DNA of 64,000 bases from Acidobacteriota bacterium (GTDB lineage Bacteria > Acidobacteriota > UBA890 > WLXD01), in contig CBDAMQ010000031.1 of NCBI GenBank assembly GCA_965197275.1, forward strand, positions 212,261-276,260, read 5' to 3'. Below, piece by piece: positions 10,570 to 21,363 of this stretch; within the stretch, counting starts at the first letter, position 1, and each line of letters starts with the position of its first letter. The position numbers were made by a program, and so were the translations under genes. The notes below the pieces were generated by a model. It saw only the letters and a program-made list of their open reading frames with translations. It made no database searches and was not told the origin of the DNA.

Positions 10570-13140
10570 ATGCTCGTTCGCTGCCGCATCTGTCTGGCTG
10601 CCTTCATCGCGACCGCGATGGCGCTGGCGATCGTGATCCCCGGCCCCGAGGCGCGCCAATCGGAGGCGCCGGCGCCGTTGGCCGATAAGCTTGCCCGAGG
10701 CGATGACACCCTCGACGTGCCGTTCGGCTCGCCGTCGGCGGCGCAGCGATATCAGATCGGCAAGCGCTTGCCGCTAGACCGTACGATCGACATTCGTTCG
10801 GCGTATCGACAGGCGGCGGCGCACGCTGCCCGAATGCCGCTGTATTCCAGCGCCCGCGGGCGCCATCTGAGCACCGTCGAGGCGCGCCGATCGCAGCTGC
10901 GCGGCGGCAGCATCAAGGGCAGGTGGAAGGCACTGGGACCGGGCAACGTAGGCGGCCGCACGCGCACGCTGGTGCTCGATAGCCGGCGCCCCGAGACCAT
11001 GTATGCCGGGGGTGTCTCCGGAGGCGTGTGGAAGACCACCGATGGCGGCGCCGACTGGGTCTCGGTGGGGGATGACCTGGCGAACGTCGCGGTCAACTCC
11101 ATGGCGATGGATCCCGCCGATGCCCGCGTGCTCTACGTCGGCACGGGCGAGGGCTAGTTCCGCGAGGACGTGCGCGGCACCGGCCTGCCGCTGCGCGGCG
11201 GCGGCGTGTTCCGCACCACGAACGGCGGCAAGTCGTGGTCGTTGCTGGCGGCAACCGAAAACGAGAATTTCTGGTTCGTCAACGACCTGGTGTTCTCCCC
11301 CTCCGACTCGCGCACCCTGTACGCGGCGACGCGCACCGGCGTGCTGCGGACATCTGATGGCGGTGACAGCTGGGACCGGATCCTCGACCCGGCAGTCACC
11401 GGCGGATGCCTAGATCTCGAGATCCGCACCGATCGTCCGACCGACGTGCTGTTCGCCTCGTGTGGGACATTCGAGCAGGCCACCGTGTATCGGTCGAACG
11501 ACGCGGCGGCGCGCGGCGCCGGTGCCCGAGGCAGCTCGGCGCCGAGCGGCGGGGCGCGTTTCGAGATCGTGCTGCGCGACCGCGGCATGGGCCGCACGTC
11601 GATCGCGCTGGCCCCGTCGGATCAGAACGTGATCTACGCGCTGGCGGCAAGCAACGACGGCGGCGCCTACGAACAAGCGCTGCACGCCGTGTTCCGCTCC
11701 GACGACGGCGGCGACGCCAGCAGCTGGATCGCGCAGGTGCGCAACACCGATCCCGACGCGTACAACACATTGCTGCTACACAACGCCGTGGTGGCGCGTC
11801 TCGACGCCTGCGGCTTCGGGGACTCCAGCACCTTCCTGCCCATGGGCTGGTACGTGAACACTATCGCCGTCGACCCCGTGAGCCCCGACATCGTCTGGGC
11901 CGCTGGCGTGGACTGGTTCCGCTCCAGCGATGGCGGTCGAACCTGGGGTCCGGCGTCGTTTTGGTGGACCGGCGGGGGAGAGCCGACCGCCAGCCACTTG
12001 CATGCCGATCAACACCGGATGGTGTTCCACCCGTCCTACGACGGCGTCGGCAACCAGACCCTCTTGGTAGCCAACGACGGCGGTGTGTGGCGCACCGACA
12101 ACGGCCGTGCCACCGTCTCCATCGCCGAGGAAGCCCTCTGTGATCCCAGCGCCGGCCAGGTCGCCTGGCGGTCGCTCAACAACGGCTTCGAAGTGACACA
12201 GTTCTACCAAGGGCTGCCGTTCCCGGACGGCAAAGCGTTCCTGGGCGGCACCCAGGACAACGGGACCAACTTGCGGAGTCCCGGCGATGGCTCCAACGGC
12301 TGGGTGGAGGTGTTCGGCGGCGACGGTGGTTACGTCGCCATCGATCCCCGCGACCCCCGTGTGCTCTACGTCGAATCGCAGAACGCCAACCTGCAGAGGT
12401 CACGCGATGGCGGCGCCAGCTTCACCTCCGCCACCAACGGCCTGCCCCCGGGCAACGGCGCCTTCCTCGACCCTGGCGGTAACTTCGTCTTCATCACCCC
12501 GTTCGTGCTCGACGCAGCACGCCCAGACGTGCTCTGGATCGGCGGCAAGGTCATGTACCGAACCGTCGACGGCGCCGCCAGCTGGCAGGTCGCCAGCCGC
12601 AGGCTGCGTGGCCGAGCCAGCGCCATCGCCGTGTCGCCCTCGGACTCCCGGCGGGTCGCCGTGGCCACCGAGCTCGGCTTCGTGCATACGACCGACGACG
12701 CGTTTGCTGCTGGTCCCGCAACCGCCTGGCCGCGCCGTCGCCCGAGCAAGGCGTGGGCCACCTGGGTCACCTTCGATCCGACCGACCCGGACGTTCTGTA
12801 CTTAACGTACGGTGGTTTCGGCGGACCACATGTCTTCCGCACACCCGACGGCGGGCGCTCGTGGTCCAGCATCGACGGCGTCGGCGAAGGCGCCCTACCG
12901 GATATCCCCGTGCACGTGATCGTGGTCGATCCGGACAACCCCGCCCGCCTGTTCCTAGGCACCGACCTGGGTGTGTTCGTTAGCACGGACACCGGCGCCT
13001 CGTGGGCTCAGGAGAATGCCGGTTTCGGCAACATCGTCACGGAGTCGCTGACGCTGCAGCGCGAGGGTGCGCGGAGGATGCTGTATGCGTTCACCCATGG
13101 TCGCGGAGCGTGGCGGGTGCGGGCGAGGCCGGCCAACTAG
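10570..13140 (+). CDS. Secreted BNR/Asp-box repeat protein (sialidase/Vps10/xyloglucanase-like beta-propeller) interrupted by an in-frame TAG at 11155-11157
   Basis: ORFs 10483..11157 and 11170..13140 are in the same frame, separated only by TAG (…VGTGEG*FREDVRGTG…). Multiple Asp-box S/TxDGGxTW motifs: TTDGGADW, TTNGGKSW, SDGGDSW, SSDGGRTW, SRDGGASF, TVDGAASW, TPDGGRSW, STDTGASW. Confidence 0.7.
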
Positions 13141-13443
13141 CGTTCTGGAGACGCAGGACGTCGCCTGGACAACCGCGACCCGAGCATCGTCTGCATCTTG
13201 CTGGTCGAGGTGATCGGCGGGGTAGCGACACTGCCAGCCGCCGTGGGAGAGTCGGGGGCACGGCAGGGCCGAACGAACCCCGCCGCCTGCAGCACGACCG
13301 GATCGCCGCTGCATGGCGAGGGTGACCAGGCGCAGGTAACGGTAACGGAGCCGGGTCCGATGAGAAGGAAGAGCGATAAAGCTGCCAACCTCGAGCGTCG
13401 TGGCGCACTGCCTGGCGAACGGCATCTCGCAGCAGTCCGCCTA

Positions 13444-15264
13444 GTGAGCCCGACGACCGTATGGAAGCGAGCGCGCGGCGTGACCCTGTCGGGCAGCGTC
13501 CCGTTGATTCTGTTGGGAACGATCGCGCTGACGGTGAGCTGCGACGCCGGGGACGACGGGAGCGGTGGATCTGCCGCCGGCGCCGACTGGGTGCTCACCG
13601 GCGGCGACATCGTGACGATGGACGACGGCAACCCGGCGGCTACTGCGGTCGCGATCGAGGACGGCGAGCTCACCTACGTTGGGGACGACGCCGGCGCCGC
13701 GGCCTTCGTGTCGGAGGCGACGCGCACGGTCGATCTGGCCGGCCGCCTGGTAATTCCGGGTCTGATCGACGGCCACACGCATCCGGGTTACATCGACCTC
13801 GAGGACTACGACGCGTTCCTCACCGGCTCGAGCCGCGAGGAGTTCCTCGAGGCGGTGCGCGAGCACGCCGAGAGCCATCCCGGCGAGGGGTGGATCCGAC
13901 TCTACGGCTGGCCCAACGGCGCGTTCGTCGACGGGCCCAGCGGGCCGCCCCGACGCGACCTCGACCGCATTGTTGCCGATCGGCCGGTGTGGATCGCCAG
14001 CGGCGCCTGGCACAGCTACTGGCTGAACTCGAAGGCGCTGGAGGTGCTCGGGGTCGACGCCAGCACGCCCGACCCGCGACCCGGGCTAGCCACCTACGCT
14101 CGCGACGCTGACGGTGTCCCCACCGGTTGGGTCAAGGAGGGAGCGGGCTGGCAGCACCTGGCGTCGCAGTTCGATGTCGATGCCGAGGTACATGAGGCCA
14201 GCGTGGTGGCGTTTCTGCAGATGCTGTCGGAGAACGGCGTTACGACGGTCTACGACGGGGGGAACTTCGGCTACGAGGACCACGTCTACGGCCTGCTAGC
14301 GCGTCTCGAAAGAGAAGGCAGGCTGCCGCTGCGCTACGAAGGCACGTATCAAGTGTTCGTTCCCGAGCGCCGCGCTCTAGCGATCGACGAAATGCGACGA
14401 CTGCGGCAGCAGTACGGCGGTGAGCGATTGCGTTTCCGCACCGTCAAGCTGTTCATGGACGGCATCAACGCGAACCGCTCCGGAGCCTTGCTCGAGCCCT
14501 TCACGGACGACCCGAGCTTTGCCGGCGATACCATGATGTCGGTCGCCGAGCTGCGCGATTTCTTGCTCGAGCTGCACGAAGCGCAGCTCGACCTCCACGT
14601 ACACACCATCGGCGACCGCGCCGTCCGCACCGCACTAGATGGCGTGGAGGCGGCGAGAGCGGCGGTTGCGGGCGACTTCTATCCCCGGGTCACTCTGTCG
14701 CACCTCCAGGTCATCGATGGCGCCGACATGCCGCGCTTCGCGGCACTCGACGTCTCCGCCAACTTCACGGCCTGGTGGTTTGCCGGCGCTGGCCCCTACC
14801 CCAGCAGCTCGGGGTCGTTGGCGCTGGGACCGGAGCGAGCGGCGCGTACCTACATGGCCAAATCGCTATTCGACGCCGGCGGCCGCGTGACTTACTCGAG
14901 CGACGACTGGCGGCTGTCCGTCATCAGCCCGTATTTGACCATGCACGGCGCCCATACGCGGGAGGGCCCCCGGGGCGAGGACGACAGCCCGCCACCTCCG
15001 GCCCGGTCGCCGACGACCGAGCGCATGGATCTGCACACGATCCTGCGCGGCTTCACCCTCGACGGCGCCTATCCGTTTCGAATGGAGGACCGCATTGGCT
15101 CCCTCACGGTCGGCAAGCTTGCCGACCTCGTAGTGCTCGACGAGGACCTCTTCACGCTCGATCCTGCCGACATCCCCGAGGTGCAGCCCACGGCGGTGAT
15201 GATGGACGGCGTGCTGGTGCACGGCGAGCTGCCGGGTGCGTCACCGGCGGCCATAGAACGGTAG
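13444..15264 (+). CDS. Amidohydrolase-family metal-dependent hydrolase (amidohydrolase 3-like), probable lipoprotein
   Basis: LTVSC lipobox-like signal, GGDIVTMDDG...RLVIPGLIDGHTHPG metal-binding HxH motif, and C-terminal TIM-barrel hydrolase length. Start is uncertain (ORF track 13198). Confidence 0.8.
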   Translation: MSPTTVWKRARGVTLSGSVPLILLGTIALTVSCDAGDDGSGGSAAGADWVLTGGDIVTMDDGNPAATAVAIEDGELTYVGDDAGAAAFVSEATRTVDLAGRLVIPGLIDGHTHPGYIDLEDYDAFLTGSSREEFLEAVREHAESHPGEGWIRLYGWPNGAFVDGPSGPPRRDLDRIVADRPVWIASGAWHSYWLNSKALEVLGVDASTPDPRPGLATYARDADGVPTGWVKEGAGWQHLASQFDVDAEVHEASVVAFLQMLSENGVTTVYDGGNFGYEDHVYGLLARLEREGRLPLRYEGTYQVFVPERRALAIDEMRRLRQQYGGERLRFRTVKLFMDGINANRSGALLEPFTDDPSFAGDTMMSVAELRDFLLELHEAQLDLHVHTIGDRAVRTALDGVEAARAAVAGDFYPRVTLSHLQVIDGADMPRFAALDVSANFTAWWFAGAGPYPSSSGSLALGPERAARTYMAKSLFDAGGRVTYSSDDWRLSVISPYLTMHGAHTREGPRGEDDSPPPPARSPTTERMDLHTILRGFTLDGAYPFRMEDRIGSLTVGKLADLVVLDEDLFTLDPADIPEVQPTAVMMDGVLVHGELPGASPAAIER

Positions 15265-15312
15265 CCAGAAGATCCAGGCAAGCCGACCGCCGCGACCCAC
15301 CGGTTCCGTGCG

Positions 15313-15678
15313 TCAGCTCGCCGAGACGTGCGTGACGGCCTCGGCCGTGATGGTCGGGATCCTGTCCACTTCACCCAGCTCCCCTGTTACCTCGACCGTG
15401 TGGCTCATGTGTGGCACCAGGGCGGCGTTGTTGTCGGCGGTGACGGTGCCCGCCAGCCTGTAGACGGCGCCGCTATCGGTCACGAGCGCTACCGGCTGCC
15501 CGTTGCTGGCGCACGACTTGGCGCAGGCAGCGTGGTCGGGGCCCGCACCGCCGTCGGCGCCGCTCCGGGCGAAGCACACGCTGTCGACGAGCTCACCGGT
15601 GACCGTAACCTCGCTGGCCAGAGCCGGTGTCGCGGTCAGGAAAACAACTGCCGTCAAGACGACTACGAAGCGTCGCAT
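15313..15678 (-). CDS. Small secreted Cys-containing protein (~121 aa), unknown function
   Basis: Strong Shine-Dalgarno AAGGAGGT before ATG. Signal peptide MRRFVVVLTAVVFLTATPALA. Four Cys (CFARSGADGGAGPDHAACAKSC). Last gene of the minus-strand operon. Confidence 0.5.
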   Translation of the reverse strand: MRRFVVVLTAVVFLTATPALASEVTVTGELVDSVCFARSGADGGAGPDHAACAKSCASNGQPVALVTDSGAVYRLAGTVTADNNAALVPHMSHTVEVTGELGEVDRIPTITAEAVTHVSAS

Positions 15679-15703
15679 GCTACCTCCTTGATTCGTTTTG
15701 AGA

Positions 15704-17089
15704 TCACGGCTTGGCAATGTTCCAGTACACCCCCGCTCCTCCCCCGGCGCTGCCGACAAAGCCCAACCAGGTGGCTCGCTCGAGGTTAATGGGCGACTCG
15801 TCGAGCTCGACGAACGAGTATGTGGCGTGCCCCCGGTGCTGCCCGGGGGCCTCATCGCCGGAAAACGTATACAGGGCGAATCCCTTGTACGCCCACTGTC
15901 GGGTTCCGTCGCGACGGGTGATCACCTCCCAGAACCCGTTAGATTCGGCCTCCGCAGGGGCCGGGAACGGACGCCAGGTCTCGAGGCATTCGTCGCCCAC
16001 ACAGGCGCCGCCGCCCAATCGCTTGCCCCTGGAGTAAAGGACCTTGAAGCTGTCGCGCATGCTTCGTCCCCCCCAATACTTCTCGAACGCCGTACCCATG
16101 TACAGGGTCATGCCGTCGACCGACAGAACGTCGCCGTAGCCCTCCAACGAAGCGACCACCACCTGCGGCGGTCGGAAGTTCCGCGTCAACACGGCGACTT
16201 GCCACCGGGGATCGGCGTTATCTCCGTGGACATCTCTCGGAAGCAGGTCGCCGGCGTACCGATACAAAGGCTGTTGCCTGTAGGCCCACTGCCGAGACCC
16301 ATCGCTCCGGGTGACGACGGAGAAGTCGCCGACCTCCATGGCGAGCTGCGCCGCGGCCACGGAAGACCAGCGAATATCGCAGCCGTGATCGGAGCACGTC
16401 TGACCATCGGCGGTGGCATCGCCGTCGAAGGCATAGAGCGTACGACCATTGAAATCGGTCAAGATGACTGCGTGGGCCGAGGCAACCAACCTCACCTCGA
16501 TGCCGTCGGGCACAGGCGTCGACACAGCCGGGTCGAACCGGGCCACCTGCCATCCCACTGGCGGCATCAACGTGCCGGCCGGAATCAGGCCCTCCGACAC
16601 CTTCGAGCCGGTCGTCTCGGCGAGCCCGACGTTGGTCGCGACCTCCCCCGGCTCCTGCTCCTCGGACCAGGTGTAGAGCGGACGCGAGCGATACGCCCAT
16701 TGCATCCGCGCGTCGAGCCGCCGCACCGACGACCAGTCCCCGAACGCCTCTGCACCGTCAGGCGCCAGCAGCGGCGGAAACTGCGAGGCACAGTCGTCCA
16801 CACAAGTTGCAACACCGGGCGGATCCGCGTCTCTGAACAGCAGGGTCCGCCCCTCGGCGTCGCCGAGCCGCGTCCACAGCAGCTCGTCCGAAGATCCGAT
16901 CAAGTCGCGCCTCACCTCCACGAGCGTGATGCCGGCCGGCACGGTCGGAGGCACCACGATGTCCGGGCCCGGCGGCGCTGAAGGGGCAGCAGCAAGCGAG
17001 GCGACGGCGGCAGCCGCGACCAGTGGCACGGCCGCGTGGCGCCCCGACCGGAACAAACGACTCCGCGTCCCGGTACCCCCCTGCCTCAT
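15704..17089 (-). CDS. Secreted repeat protein of the COG4315 / 'secreted repeat of unknown function' (Lipoprotein_15-like) family
   Basis: Four repeats of G..WAYR..PLY.(F/W)..D..PG(E/Q), e.g. RQWAYRQQPLYRYAGD and MQWAYRSRPLYTWSEEQEPGE. Signal peptide at internal Met. ATGA overlap with the upstream DUF1501 gene. Confidence 0.7.
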   Translation of the reverse strand: MRQGGTGTRSRLFRSGRHAAVPLVAAAAVASLAAAPSAPPGPDIVVPPTVPAGITLVEVRRDLIGSSDELLWTRLGDAEGRTLLFRDADPPGVATCVDDCASQFPPLLAPDGAEAFGDWSSVRRLDARMQWAYRSRPLYTWSEEQEPGEVATNVGLAETTGSKVSEGLIPAGTLMPPVGWQVARFDPAVSTPVPDGIEVRLVASAHAVILTDFNGRTLYAFDGDATADGQTCSDHGCDIRWSSVAAAQLAMEVGDFSVVTRSDGSRQWAYRQQPLYRYAGDLLPRDVHGDNADPRWQVAVLTRNFRPPQVVVASLEGYGDVLSVDGMTLYMGTAFEKYWGGRSMRDSFKVLYSRGKRLGGGACVGDECLETWRPFPAPAEAESNGFWEVITRRDGTRQWAYKGFALYTFSGDEAPGQHRGHATYSFVELDESPINLERATWLGFVGSAGGGAGVYWNIAKP

Positions 17090-18432
17090 GCCAGCACCTC
17101 GCCAAAGGGCCTCGACACCTCGTTGGACTCGGTCCCCCAGGCCCCACTCACCACACCGAACGCATTCTGCAGCGTGTAGCCGACGCGTGTGGCAGCGTCG
17201 CCCTCGGCCGCCATGTGCAACCCGGTCCTCATCCTGCCGCCGCCGCTGCCAGCGGTCAGAATCGGGAAGCGCTTCATCGAGTGCATCCGCGCCTCGCCGT
17301 GGTCGGTGAACGCGAACACCACGGTCCGGTCCAGCAGCGTGCCGTCGCCTTCCTTGATCGAGTCCAACGTCTGCACCAGCTCGGCGAAGAGGGCCATGCA
17401 CTGTTCCGCCAGCCACTTGCACTTGGGTTGATAGCCGCGTGCGGTATCGATGGGCTCCTCGTGCGTCAGCGAGTGGTAGCCACTGGGTTCCCCGGGGATA
17501 CGGAGCCTCGAGAACGCATTGCCCATCGTCAGATTGAAGATTCGCGTCTGGCCGCAGGCCAGAGCGTGTGCGGCCAGCTGCGCGAAGTGTCGGTGCGTTT
17601 GCCCGACCTGGCCGAGGAGCGGGCCGATGTCGTCGGTGGTGGCTTCCCCCGGGACCGCGCAGGCGGGCAGCGGCGCGGGTCGCTCGAGCTCGAAGGCCAG
17701 CTTCTGCTCGAGATCGCGCAGCGACGTGAAGTACTCGTCCAGTCGCGCCCGGTCCGACCCGGAAACCGTGGCCATCAGGCTCTTGCGCTGGTCGGAAACC
17801 GCAGAAAGCACGCTTCGACGCACCATTACGGCCGGATCGGGCCTGAAATCGGCAACCCCGGGATCAACGAACCCATCGCCAAAGATACGTGCGTACAGCT
17901 GTAGGGGCGAGATCTCGGAGGGGTTCATCCCATTGGAGCCGCGGGCGCTCCAGCCGGCCTGGCCGTCGCCGTCGCAGGCCATCTCGATCGAACGGAACCG
18001 TGTGCCCTTGCCAATCGTCTCGCCGATGACGTGGTCGATGCTCGTGGTGTAGTCGCTGCCGTTCCTGGAGACCATGCCGGTGGCCTGGCACTGGGCGCCG
18101 GAATAGTGGTTCTGATTGGCCTTGCCATCGAGGAACACCTGCATGCCGCTGAACAGGTTCATCTTCTCTTTGATGGGCGTCAGCGCAGCGAGGTGATCCG
18201 GCAGGTCGTAACCGGCCCCCGTGGTCGTCGGCTCCCAGTGTCCGGGGGACAGCCCGAGACCCCAGAACCATGTCCCGAAGCACGGTGGCAGCGATGCGCC
18301 GGTGGCCGCGTAGGCGGTGCCGTTGGTGTTCAGAAAGCACTCCAGCACCGGCAGCCCGACGGCAACGGAGGCTCCTCCGCCCAGAACGCCCCGCAGCACG
18401 GTGCGCCGGCTAATCTTGTCGAATTTGCTCAT
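17086..18432 (-). CDS. DUF1501 family protein (sulfatase/alkaline-phosphatase-like fold) with Tat signal
   Basis: MSKFDKISRRTVLRGVLGGGASVAVG Tat signal. Overall DUF1501 signature (…CFGTWFWGLGLSPGHWEP…). Confidence 0.85.
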   Translation of the reverse strand: MSKFDKISRRTVLRGVLGGGASVAVGLPVLECFLNTNGTAYAATGASLPPCFGTWFWGLGLSPGHWEPTTTGAGYDLPDHLAALTPIKEKMNLFSGMQVFLDGKANQNHYSGAQCQATGMVSRNGSDYTTSIDHVIGETIGKGTRFRSIEMACDGDGQAGWSARGSNGMNPSEISPLQLYARIFGDGFVDPGVADFRPDPAVMVRRSVLSAVSDQRKSLMATVSGSDRARLDEYFTSLRDLEQKLAFELERPAPLPACAVPGEATTDDIGPLLGQVGQTHRHFAQLAAHALACGQTRIFNLTMGNAFSRLRIPGEPSGYHSLTHEEPIDTARGYQPKCKWLAEQCMALFAELVQTLDSIKEGDGTLLDRTVVFAFTDHGEARMHSMKRFPILTAGSGGGRMRTGLHMAAEGDAATRVGYTLQNAFGVVSGAWGTESNEVSRPFGEVLA

Positions 18433-18442
18433 GTTTGGCTCC

Positions 18443-20155
18443 TTAGGCGTCGGTGCTGAGCGTGTAGAAGTCGGGCTGCTGCGTGATTCGCTGCATGAGA
18501 TCGCGCCACCTCACGCCGTCACGTCGCAGCTCCGACGCCAGCTCGTCAAGCCAGGCACGCTCATCTCGGGTCGGTCCTCGGGCAGCGCCGTAGGAAAAGG
18601 CCCGGTTGATCAAACAAGACGTTACTGCCGGCTCTTGCCGGAGAATCTCCACGAGACCGGTGATCTCCTTGTACGGCGTTCCGTTGAGCTCGCCGCCGGC
18701 GTCGATGGGCGCTCCGTTCTCGGTCGTGCGGTAGACGCCGGAGGTATCGAAGACTTCGAGCGTCAGGCCGATCGGATCGGTGAGGCTGTGGCAGCCGGCA
18801 CAGGTCGGATTCTCGCGATGCACCGACAAGCGTTGGCGCACGGTCTTGAAGTCGGGATTGTTGGTGTCCTGCACGAAGCTGAAATCGACGTCCCCGGGAG
18901 GCGGCGGCACGATCTGGCACAGGAGGTTCTCGCGCACCGCCTGGCCCCGCAGCGTCGGCGACGAGGTCCCAGGATGGGAGTGCAGGGACAGGAAGCTCAC
19001 GTGCGTCAGCAGGCCGGCGCGCGGGTCGTCATCGGCAAAGCGGTAGGGAACCCAGGGAACAGCCCCGCCCATCTCCTGCGACCGTGCCAGCGGTACACCG
19101 TAGATGGCGGCGAGCGAGGGCGTCAGGAAGGTCTCACGGGTAACGAGCAGCTCTCGGTAGTCGCGGTTCTTGTGCAGAAGCTGGTCGACGATCGTGCGCA
19201 GGGTCTGTTCTCGGGCGTCGTCCTCGACGTTCTTGGTGAACTTGGGATAGAGGCTCGAGTCGATGGTCAACGTGGCGAACTCGTCGAACCCCAGCATGTC
19301 CGAGAAGAACGCGCGCAGGCCATGCTCCAGGCGCGGCGAGTTGAGCAGCCGCTCGACCTGTCGGCTCAATCCCTCCGGCGTGAGCAGCTCGCCGGATCGC
19401 GCCGCCTCGATCAGCTCCCCGTCCGGTGCGCTGTCCCAGAGAAAGAAGCTCAGACGCGCGGCCCGCGAGTAGGCGTCCAAACGCATGCTTCCAGGTCGGT
19501 CGGGGTCCGGCTCCGAGCGCTCGAGACGAAACAGAAAATCAGGGGCGACGAGCATCCCGGCCAGCGACGCACGCAGGCCGGTATAGAAGTCGTCGAGGGT
19601 GCGCGTCGCGGCGTTCGCCATGGCGACGTAGGCGCCGACCTCGGCGTCGTCGAGCGGACGGCGGAACAGGAACAGCCCCACCCTGGTGACGAACCGGGTG
19701 GCGCAGGCCGCATCCGGCCGACCGACGTCCTGCGGCGTGCAGGGAATCAGGGTGGCCCGGCGTCGCGGATCGGTCACTTGCTCGGCAATTCGTTGCGCCA
19801 GCGTCTCGGCACGTTCGAGCTCGGCGGCGCTGAGCGTCAGCTTCCGATCTCCGATCGCCAGCAGCCCGCGTTCACGGGCGCCGCGATCGACGGCACTGTC
19901 GTCGACACGGATGCTCTCGCCGAAGATGTCGTGGATGGCCCGACGGTACTGCGATTCCGTCAGGCGAACGAAGCTCAAGTCTCCGGAGAGATTCGGCGCC
20001 GGGGACGCAGCGGGGGCCACGAGCAGAAACCCCAGGGCGAGCGGCAACGTGCGCCGTATCGACAGCCAGCGACGGTGTCGCCGCCGACAAGGTACGGGGG
20101 GGCAGCGTCCCGGAGGTGTTGCAGCGCGACCTGCCGCCGCCGAGTCGGTCGTCAC
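18443..20155 (-). CDS. DUF1592/DUF1588/DUF1585-family protein with CxxCH heme-binding motif (usual partner of DUF1501)
   Basis: …NPTCAGCHSLTDPIGLTLEVFD… motif. Family architecture typical of PSD1-like periplasmic proteins. ATGA overlap with the upstream gene. Confidence 0.8.
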   Translation of the reverse strand: MTTDSAAAGRAATPPGRCPPVPCRRRHRRWLSIRRTLPLALGFLLVAPAASPAPNLSGDLSFVRLTESQYRRAIHDIFGESIRVDDSAVDRGARERGLLAIGDRKLTLSAAELERAETLAQRIAEQVTDPRRRATLIPCTPQDVGRPDAACATRFVTRVGLFLFRRPLDDAEVGAYVAMANAATRTLDDFYTGLRASLAGMLVAPDFLFRLERSEPDPDRPGSMRLDAYSRAARLSFFLWDSAPDGELIEAARSGELLTPEGLSRQVERLLNSPRLEHGLRAFFSDMLGFDEFATLTIDSSLYPKFTKNVEDDAREQTLRTIVDQLLHKNRDYRELLVTRETFLTPSLAAIYGVPLARSQEMGGAVPWVPYRFADDDPRAGLLTHVSFLSLHSHPGTSSPTLRGQAVRENLLCQIVPPPPGDVDFSFVQDTNNPDFKTVRQRLSVHRENPTCAGCHSLTDPIGLTLEVFDTSGVYRTTENGAPIDAGGELNGTPYKEITGLVEILRQEPAVTSCLINRAFSYGAARGPTRDERAWLDELASELRRDGVRWRDLMQRITQQPDFYTLSTDA

Positions 20156-21363
20156 TGCTGCGCTTCCGTCTCGCCCGACGGCGCCACGATCTGGGTTGCC
20201 GCCGGGCCACTGAGCTTCGGCCCCGGGCCTACCGCGACGCTCACCACGCCGCCCGACGTGTCGGTGTGGAACGCCGGTACCGCCTCCAGCCAGTAGGTGG
20301 TGGAGATGGCGGTGTTCTCACCGGTCGCTGGATCGGGCACGCTGTCGGCGAGGCGCTTCATGGCATAGTAAACGCCCGGCAGATCGATTTGCCCGTCGGT
20401 CTCTCCGCGAACGGCCAGCCACTGATAGTAGTCAGACCAGGGCTGGTAGCCCCCGAGGAGTCCCGTCACGCTCCCGTCGGGGAGCATCCGGAGACGCAGG
20501 TGGGCGTTCGCGAGACGGAGAATCGCGTAGAACTGCGACTCCCCCTGCATCGAGAAGTCCCCCGGCTCGATGGTCAGCACCTGGTTGTCGATGCGGCCCC
20601 GGAACACGCTGTGGGAGCGTGGATCGGAATCGATTGTGTAGGTGGCGCCGGACAAGAGACCGGCGGTGGCGTCGCGCAGGGCGACGTTCAGGGCCCGGTC
20701 GAACGTCACCGTCACGTTCCCGTCCTTGCTGAGATCCTCGCCGGAGACCGAAAGCAGCCACGCCGGCATCCCGTCGAGCACCGCGTCCCAGGTGATGTTC
20801 TCGTTGTACGCTCGTACCGGCTTTCTGACATGGAACGTGTCGAAACAGCCGATGACCTGCCATATTCCGTTGTCGACGCCCTTCTCGTGGGTATCCGGGT
20901 CTTCGAAGTCATCGGGATCCACCCGGCCGTCGAGATTGAAGCCAGGCGCGAACCGGCCCTGCGCCGTTTCGATGTGTGGGTCCGGTAGCAGATACGGGGC
21001 GTTGCCCGGGTTGACCTCGAGATCACCCCAGCGTCGCCCGCGGCCAAAGCTGCCAAACAACTGCGCCGCCTCTATCGCGTTGCCCTCGTCGTCCCGACCA
21101 CCGTTGGCGATAATCTCGAGGGCCTCCGACTTGCCGTAGCCGGCGCCCATCAAGCGTCGCGTCTGTAGCTCGACCGGCCCCCCGTTGCCGCCCATGGGAC
21201 AGGTGTCGGCGTCCGCGTAGGTCGCCGTGTGAACCATCGCGATCACGTAGCCGCGCGTCTCGGGGACAGCGCTGGCGGGATCCGTGAGAAGGACGAGTGC
21301 GAGGCACAGGCCGACGGTGGCCGTCTTGACGAAACATCCGCGGCGCGCTCCTCGAACGATCAT
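20152..21363 (-). CDS. Secreted hypothetical protein (404 aa), first gene of the five-gene operon
   Basis: Signal peptide MIVRGARRGCFVKTATVGLCLALVLLTDPASA. High GC3 coding bias. No recognizable motif. Confidence 0.6.
   Translation of the reverse strand: MIVRGARRGCFVKTATVGLCLALVLLTDPASAVPETRGYVIAMVHTATYADADTCPMGGNGGPVELQTRRLMGAGYGKSEALEIIANGGRDDEGNAIEAAQLFGSFGRGRRWGDLEVNPGNAPYLLPDPHIETAQGRFAPGFNLDGRVDPDDFEDPDTHEKGVDNGIWQVIGCFDTFHVRKPVRAYNENITWDAVLDGMPAWLLSVSGEDLSKDGNVTVTFDRALNVALRDATAGLLSGATYTIDSDPRSHSVFRGRIDNQVLTIEPGDFSMQGESQFYAILRLANAHLRLRMLPDGSVTGLLGGYQPWSDYYQWLAVRGETDGQIDLPGVYYAMKRLADSVPDPATGENTAISTTYWLEAVPAFHTDTSGGVVSVAVGPGPKLSGPAATQIVAPSGETEAQQ

Noticed and set aside
15698-16981. Long ORFs on the strand opposite to domain-bearing genes. 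Examples: 15698..16981 +, 18317..20296 +, 21643..23445 -, 5741..7096 +, 32714..34282 +, 7242..7934 +, 25611..26249 +, 61829..62311 -.
   Set aside because: In ~68% GC DNA, stop codons are rare in all frames. These ORFs are Arg/Ala/Pro/Gly-rich and lack recognisable motifs. Each is fully overlapped by a gene with clear family signatures on the other strand or frame.
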